NCBI GenBank assembly: GCA_965235115.1
Contig: OZ249440.1
Span: 25,606,001-25,670,000, forward strand
Source of the DNA: Laetmonice hystrix
Lineage: Eukaryota
Direction of reading: 5' to 3'
DNA: 64,000 bases
Under the pieces are notes generated by a model. That model did not search any database, had not been told where the DNA came from, and saw only the letters and a program-made list of their open reading frames with translations. Below, in pieces: positions 13,122 to 64,000 of the stretch (the stretch's first letter is position 1; the number at the start of each line of letters is the position of its first letter). A program made the position numbers and the translations under genes.

Positions 13122-14264
13122 AAGCTGTGTTCAGACAGGATAGACAGCTAGGATTACTGGTCCTGTCTATCGATCGACGCTTACCCGCTCTACCGCCTAG
13201 GGTTCAGACACAGGCGATATACCGGCTAGCGTTCAGACACAGGCGATATACCGGCTAGCGTTCAGACACAGGCGATATACCGCCTAGCGTTCAGACACAG
13301 GCGATATACCGGCTAGCGTTCAGACACAGGCGATATACCGGCTAGCATTCAGACACAGGCAATATACCGGCTAGCGTTCAGACACAGGCGATATACCGCC
13401 TAGCGTTTAGACACAGGCGATATACCGCCTAGCGTTCAGACACAGGCGATATACCGGCTAGCGTTCAGACACAGGCGATATACCGGCTAGCGTTCAGACA
13501 CAGGCGATGTACCGCCCAGCGCCCAGACACAGGCGATATACCGGCTAGCGTTCAGACACAGGCCATATACCGGCTAGCGTTCAGACACAGGCGATATACC
13601 GCCTAGCGTTCAGACACAGGCGATATACCGGCTAGCGTTCAGACACAGGCGATATACCGGCTAGCGTTCAGACACAGGCGATATACCGGCTAGCGTTCAG
13701 ACACAGGCGATATACCGGCTAGCGTTCAGACACAGGCGATATACCGCCCAGCGCCAGGCCATATACCGGCTAGCGTTCAGACACAGGCCATATACCGCCT
13801 AGCGTTCAGACACAGGCGCTATACCGTTCAGACACAGGCCATATACCGGCTAGCGTTCAGACACAGGCGATATACATGTACCGCCTAGCGTTCAGACACA
13901 GGCGATATACCGGCCAGCGTTCAGACACAGGCCATATACCGGCAGCGAAGCGACCTGTAGGGGTCGTAATAGCAAAATGTACGAGTTTTTTCTTGTTTAC
14001 GAGCTATAAGGCCATATACGAGCTCGTACAGTCTTAGTGAAACGAGCCCAATTTCTTCTCGCGAGAAGTGCCGCCGAGATCGCCCCGTTGTACAGCTGAA
14101 TCCGGGATGCGTGTTCAGACAGAGGTCTAGCCGATGTTCCCCATCACTGATTCCCAGCCGGACAATACCAGCCGACCTAACTCAGACGACATGTTCACAT
14201 AGCGATAAGCTACCGATATTTCGGTTGCTAGCCGGTATATACCGCCTATGTCTGAACACAGCTT
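13122..14264. mobile_element. MITE with internal 29-bp satellite
   Basis: 15-bp perfect inverted repeat aagctgtgttcagac / gtctgaacacagctt; internal array gttcagacacaggcgatataccggctagc at 13202-13945; no clean TSD. Confidence 0.75.
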
Positions 14265-14674
14265 TTGCCGCAGTGAGTCGCTTCAATGTTGGTAAATAAA
14301 GTTGGCCACCGCTTCGCACCTGTACTATCATACCTGAGAGAAGATACCTGTGGGTCTGTTACCGACTTCACCTTGATCCGCCCAGCGTCACCCTCGGCCG
14401 GACAGCTGCTGGTCTAGTCGCCCTGGTGACGGCTGGTCAGGGTATGTTGACCAGACACTTGACTCAGGTAAAGTGACCACCTGTTGCCGGGAGCCTGTGA
14501 CCGCCCGGCCCGCCGGCCCGGCCCGGCCCGGCCCGCCGGTATCGTCAGGCCCGGTCTGATAATGTGTGGTAATGCCCGCAGCAGGTCGGCCCAGATACGG
14601 GAGATGAGTGTGTGGAGGAACCGACATGCTAGAACTGTGGAAAAATGAGAGCGACGAAGCCGTGCCGGGTTAAC

Positions 14675-14909
14675 TTTAAGACATGAGCGGGAGAATTGAG
14701 GTCCGAGGAGAGTTGAAGTCTGAGGATTAAGACATGAGCGGGAGAGTTGAAGTCTGAGGATTAAGACATGGGCGGGAGAGTTGAAGTCTGAGGATTAAGA
14801 CATGAGCGGGAGAGTTGAAGTCTGAGGATTAAAACATGAGCGGGAGAGTTGGAGTCTGAGGATTAAGACATCAGCGGGAGAGTTGAAGTCCGAGGATTAA
14901 AACATGAGC
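14675..14909. repeat. 34-bp minisatellite
   Basis: taagacatgagcgggagagttgaagtctgaggat, about 6 copies. Confidence 0.92.
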
Positions 14910-15494
14910 GGGAGAGTCATGGTTTCTATAACAATCGGGGAAAGAGACAATTTGAACATTGAGAATGGGAGCGCCAGGACGATTAGGAACTGTGTCTATA
15001 GTGGATAAAGTCTCCCTTGAGACTCTCTGATATACGAAGATACACAGGCTAGAACAATTTTTCGTCATCATTCTTTTTAACTTCAGAGATGTATCTCCAT
15101 TTCGTCGCCTCGTTCCTAACACATTTGATAAAGTGTGTATTTGTTTTATAACACTTGGATTCTGTCATGGACGAACAAAAGAATAAGGTACGTTCAATAC
15201 CGCCCAGTTATGACCATCAAAACGTTAGATATGAAACACAAAGAGCGGCAGATGAGGTTTAGGACAATGTATATAGGACAAAGTCATTTTTTTCTTCTTG
15301 TTGTATAACAGTGACTCTATACAGAAAGCGACACAGCTCAGTTTGAATTAAACCATATGTGAATGATTGAACCATGGATGTAACACGAGGTCAAGAATAT
15401 TAGGATGGGACCCATCCCAATATTCTTGACGAGGCCTTGAACAATCAGTCGTGGTCTTTAAAACGCTATCAGTACAGGGACTCCATTATGTTAA

Positions 15495-15724
15495 TTGGTT
15501 CGTTACTTGGGCACAAATCAGGGCTCGTTACTTAGGTAGAGATCATGGTTCGTTACTTAGGTATAGAGATCATGGTTCGTTACTTAGGCACAGATCATGC
15601 AGGGTTCGTTACTTGGGCACAGATCATGCAGGGTTCGTTACGTGGGCACAGATCATGCAGGGTTCGTTACTTGGGCACATATCATGCAGGGTTCGTTACT
15701 TGGGCACATATCAGGGTTCGTTAC
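15495..15724. repeat. 29-bp minisatellite
   Basis: gttcgttacttgggcacagatcatgcagg. Confidence 0.9.
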
Positions 15725-17010
15725 ATTGTGAGTTCTGCCTGAGTGAGGATGTGGTAAGTGGCCATGTTGCAAGGAGTTGTTCAATTGGTCACTGAATTCC
15801 TGCCATCAGACCTAATCCCCAACAAGACCCTCATAATATAAGCTCTTTTGACTTTTCACCGGGTCGACTGATCTAACGAACTCTGATAAGATTAGGCCTA
15901 TAACGGTCCAACCATTACACCATTGTATGCGGGGCCTGTGTGCCGTTACATGGGAGTTGGTATCATCAAATCTGGGCATGCCTTGCCTCTCGTACAGTCA
16001 CCAAGAAGGTGCCCCAAGGGCTGAAAACAATGTTACGACTGTCTTGACACCTAAACTGTGCATGTCGTGACACATAAATTCTCTAAGTACCTTCCATGAA
16101 AGAGTTGGTCAGTGGAGCCATGTTGTCATTCACTGAACCACATACGTTAGCACGTGGGAAGGTCAGGTCTAAACCAGTATACCAGGTACGTGTACATGTA
16201 TGGTATGGTACCACCATAACATATTTTAATTTCAATAATTTATGTACAAGAATTCATGTAGATATTGGCACAATTCCGCGTTATCCCATTCCGACTTAAT
16301 TAACGTAGTATCGTCAAGAGAGCTCTACGTAGAAAAAGGAGGGGGAAGTATCAATAGTAGACATAGCATGAGAATTATTCGGTTCTTTGGAATGAAACAA
16401 AAGTATAAAAAATGAGAGAGAAGTCTGAAGAATGTATGACTTACTCATGCGCCCGAATATTCCTAATAGAAATGGTTGAAAATGTCGGCTATAAATACCA
16501 TCACAGCTATCAGGTTGCCTGAGTACAATAACGAATTACTGGAGCAGACATATTGTCTGCACCAAAAATGTATCTCAAGCCACGGCACGCTGGCAAGATA
16601 CACTCCGGGAGGACTCATCCGCCTAGCTAATGCTACATGTAAAAGACAAGATATTTGAGAAGAGCATCTAACAGATGTTTGAGTCTACTCCTTGCAGGCA
16701 GGAGATAGGATACCCCGGCCCTTGATCTGAAAGTAACTTGTAACTGAAGATCTGGTTTAAAACGATTCCCGCAGATTGTTTTCTTTTAATGTCTGATTTC
16801 GAGAGTACAGGTATAGGTGTGACCTGTGGTGATTTCCCGGAAGTGTGGTCTGACTACTTCCGGTACTCTAGGACAGACTGGGAACCGTTTTTTATCCTGT
16901 CTCACCCGGCTCCACCCGCATTTAGATTCATCTTTACCTTAGAAAGGGGTGGAGGGAGCTGTCTGAACACCAGGATTACCGGCTAGGTACCGGCTAGGCT
17001 ACCGGCTAGG

Positions 17011-18805
17011 ACTTTACCAGGACAGACTGAGAGAACTTTACCAGGACATACTGAGGGAACTTTACCAGGACATACTGAGGGAACTTTACCAGGACATACT
17101 GAGGGAACTTTACCAGGACATACTGAGGGAACTTTACCAGGGCATAATGAGAGAACTTTACCAGGACATACTGAGGGAACTTTACCAGGACATACTGGGG
17201 GAACTTTACCAGGACATACTGAGGGAACTTTACCAGGACATATTCAGGGAACTTTACCAGGACAGACTGAGGTAACTTAACCAGGACATACTGAGGGAAC
17301 TTTACCAGGACATACTGAGGTAACTTTACCAGGACATACCGAGCGAACTTTACCAGGACATACTGAGGTAACTTTACCAGGACATACTGGGGGAACTTTA
17401 CCAGGACATACCGAGCGAACTTTACCAGGACATACTGAGGGAAGTTTACCAGGACATACTGGGGGAACTTAACCAGGACATACTGAGAGAACTTTAGTCT
17501 TTACCAGGACATACTGAGGGAACTTTACCAGGACATACTGAGCGAACTTTACCAGGACATACTGAGGTAACTTTACCAGGACATACTGGGGGAACTTTAC
17601 CAGGACATACCGAGCGAACTTTACCAGGACATACTGAGAGAACTTTACCAGGACATACTGGGGGAACTTTACCAGGACATACTGAGGGAACTTTACCAGG
17701 ACATACTGGGGGAACTTTACCAGGACATACCGAGCGAGCTTTACCAGGACATACTGAGGGAACTTTACCAGGACATACTGGGGGAACTTTACCAGGACAT
17801 ACTGAGGGAACTTTACCAGGACATACCGAGCGAACTTTACCAGGACATAGTCAGGGAACTTTACCAGGACAGACTGAGGTAACTTTACCAGGACATACTG
17901 AGGGAACTTTACCAGGACATACTGAGGTAACTTTACCAGGACATACCGAGCGAACTTTACCAGGACATACTGAGGTAACTTTACCAGGACATACTGGGGG
18001 AACTTTACCAGGACATACCGAGCGAACTTTACCAGGACATACTGAGGGAAGTTTACCAGGACATACTGGGGGAACTTTACCAGGACATACTGAGAGAACT
18101 TTAGTCTTTACCAGGACATACTGAGGGAACTTTACCAGGACATACTGAGCGAACTTTACCAGGACATACTGAGGTAACTTTACCAGGACATACTGGGGGA
18201 ACTTTACCAGGACATACCGAGCGAACTTTACCAGGACATACTGAGAGAACTTTACCAGGACATACTGGGGGAACTTTACCAGGACATACTGAGGGAACTT
18301 TACCAGGACATATTGAGGGAACTTTACCAGGACATATTGAGGGAACTTTACCAGGACATACTGAGGGAACTTTACCAGGACAGACTGAGGGAACTTTACC
18401 AGGACATATTGAGGGAACTTTACCGGGACATACTGAGGGAACTTTACCAGGACATATTGAGAGAACTTTACCAGGACAGACTGAGGGAACTTTACCAGGA
18501 CATATTGAGGGAACTTTACCGGGACATACTGAGGGAACTTTACCAGGACATATTGAGAGAACTTTACCAGGACAGACTGAGGGAACTTTACCAGGACATA
18601 TTGAGGGAACTTTACCAGTACATACTGAGGGAACTTTACCAGGACATACCGAGCGAGCTTTACCAGGACATACTGAGGGAACTTTACCAGGACATACTGG
18701 GGGAACTTTACCAGGACATACCGAGCGAACTTTACCAGGACATACTGAGGGAACTTTACCAGGACATACTGAGGGAACTTTACCAGTACATACTGAGGGA
18801 ACTTT
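17011..18805. repeat. 24-bp minisatellite, about 74 copies
   Basis: gaactttaccaggacatactgagg. Confidence 0.97.
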
Positions 18806-19306
18806 ACACCGACGTACAGTATGATCAATTAGCACGAATCATATTAACCCCCGGCAGGGACCTCACTATCATTTCCTAATCTTCTTACTTCGTGCAGAAA
18901 GACAGGGAGCCAGCATTGAGTTTAGCCTTGCCATTTATAGTTATGATCCGCTGGATTATAGATTTACGATTATGAGTTTTATACTAATCCTTCAGCTGAT
19001 AACATGATATGTTTTGATGAGGGCATACACGTTCTACTTTCGTATTACAATAAAGTAGCGAGGAAAAGTTAACGACTCAAATCTAATTCAACTGGATTCA
19101 GTCTCAATAATGGCTGCAAAGTTTAAATACTTGACTTTCTGGCAACAATCGGGAATAATTTCTTAATCTTGTTCTCCGGACGAACGACATGTCTGTCCTT
19201 CCAGTCGGCCAATAAATCGGTCCAGGATAGTTTAACTGACTGTAGATATGAACCGCTATGCTGTACTATCTATGTGTTAATTTTTTTTACTGATTGTGTA
19301 TTTCAG

Positions 19307-63125
<43,819 letters not shown>

Positions 63126-63534
63126 GTAACAATGATGTCAATGATGTAAATTTATCTGTTTCTCTATGAGATAATTTTTCTGTTGATTTGGAATGTGTTC
63201 ATCTTTCATAGGGTATTACATAATCTCAAGTCTTCACATTCTGTCATCAATATGACGTTGACAGAAGCTGGTACGAATTAGAATTGCTCGTTGCTTTCTT
63301 CATTCTCGGCTGACTGTTACAGAATCTTTTCCTCTGTGAATGTGTAGCAGTGAATACATAATTTATAAGTATTGCATTTTTTCCTTTTTGAATTTCTATT
63401 TCAAGGGCTTACTAGTAATTCTGTCTCTATGATTTCCTTAATAACTTGCAGAGATCCAGATTTTTTTTTAAATGAAATAATTCCAGGATTTTTTTTTATC
63501 TCATTATATATACTGTTATGTATACAAATGTATT

Positions 63535-64000
63535 AGTCTGGGAGCCCATGCTGAGAAAGGGCCTTAAAAATGGAGTTTGTTGCACCCCCTGGCAACATTG
63601 TACACCCTATTTTTTCTGAAAGTATGATATTTCAGGGGCAAAATGAGCCCAGGTGTAGGTTTCTATCATATTGCATAAGTGAGTAACAGCCCAAAATCAA
63701 AGATGGCCGCCATTTAACTGGAACTGGGCCATATTTCAGGTCCCAGCGGACATATTTTGATAAAATTTGAGACAATTCTGAGGTTTATCCAGATGCTGAA
63801 TCCATTTCTTGCATTTTCAAAATTCAAGATGGCCGAAAAATCCAAGATGGCGGCAATTTACCTGAAAATAGCTGGATTTCTGGATTTCAGCTCCCAGCGG
63901 CCCGATTTTGATGAAATTTGAGTCAATTCCGAAGTTTATCTAGATGCTGAATACATTTCTGACATTTCCAAAATTCAAGATGGCCACCAAATCCAAGATG
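63535..64000. mobile_element. Probable left part of a non-autonomous element with caagatggc(c/g) subrepeats
   Basis: repeated aaaattcaagatggccg motifs; truncated by the window end. Confidence 0.45.

Noticed and set aside
17851-18879. 325-, 244- and 188-aa repetitive ORFs on both strands
   Set aside because: 24-bp satellite read in stop-free frames.

Overview
Eukaryotic (invertebrate-animal-like) genomic DNA dominated by one large + strand, multi-exon gene: phospholipase C epsilon (PLCE1-like). I could splice 29 exons (19307-63125, 6153 nt, 2051 aa) by hand with consistent phases. The domain order is FERM (central + C-lobe) - RasGEF/CDC25 - PH - EF-hand - X - linker - Y - C2 - RA1; the 3' end (RA2) lies beyond the window and the 5' exons are only tentatively placed (7134-14468). 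Notable points: (1) an N-terminal FERM domain joined in frame to PLC-epsilon; (2) a U12-type AT-AC intron (51669-52230) in the Y box; (3) a 3.26-kb, 1086-aa phase-0/0 exon between C2 and RA1 that can be a cassette or an alternative terminal exon; (4) seven tandem arrays whose repeat unit contains a real splice junction, giving runs of 2-12 duplicated donors or acceptors; (5) about a quarter of the window is minisatellite, and introns hold many non-autonomous DNA transposons (MITEs), including a CAGGG-terminated family with exact 6-bp target-site duplications, MITEs with internal satellites, and a MITE inserted inside a satellite. Most long ORFs in the supplied track are artefacts of stop-free repeats. 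No rRNA, tRNA, CRISPR or autonomous transposase was recognised.
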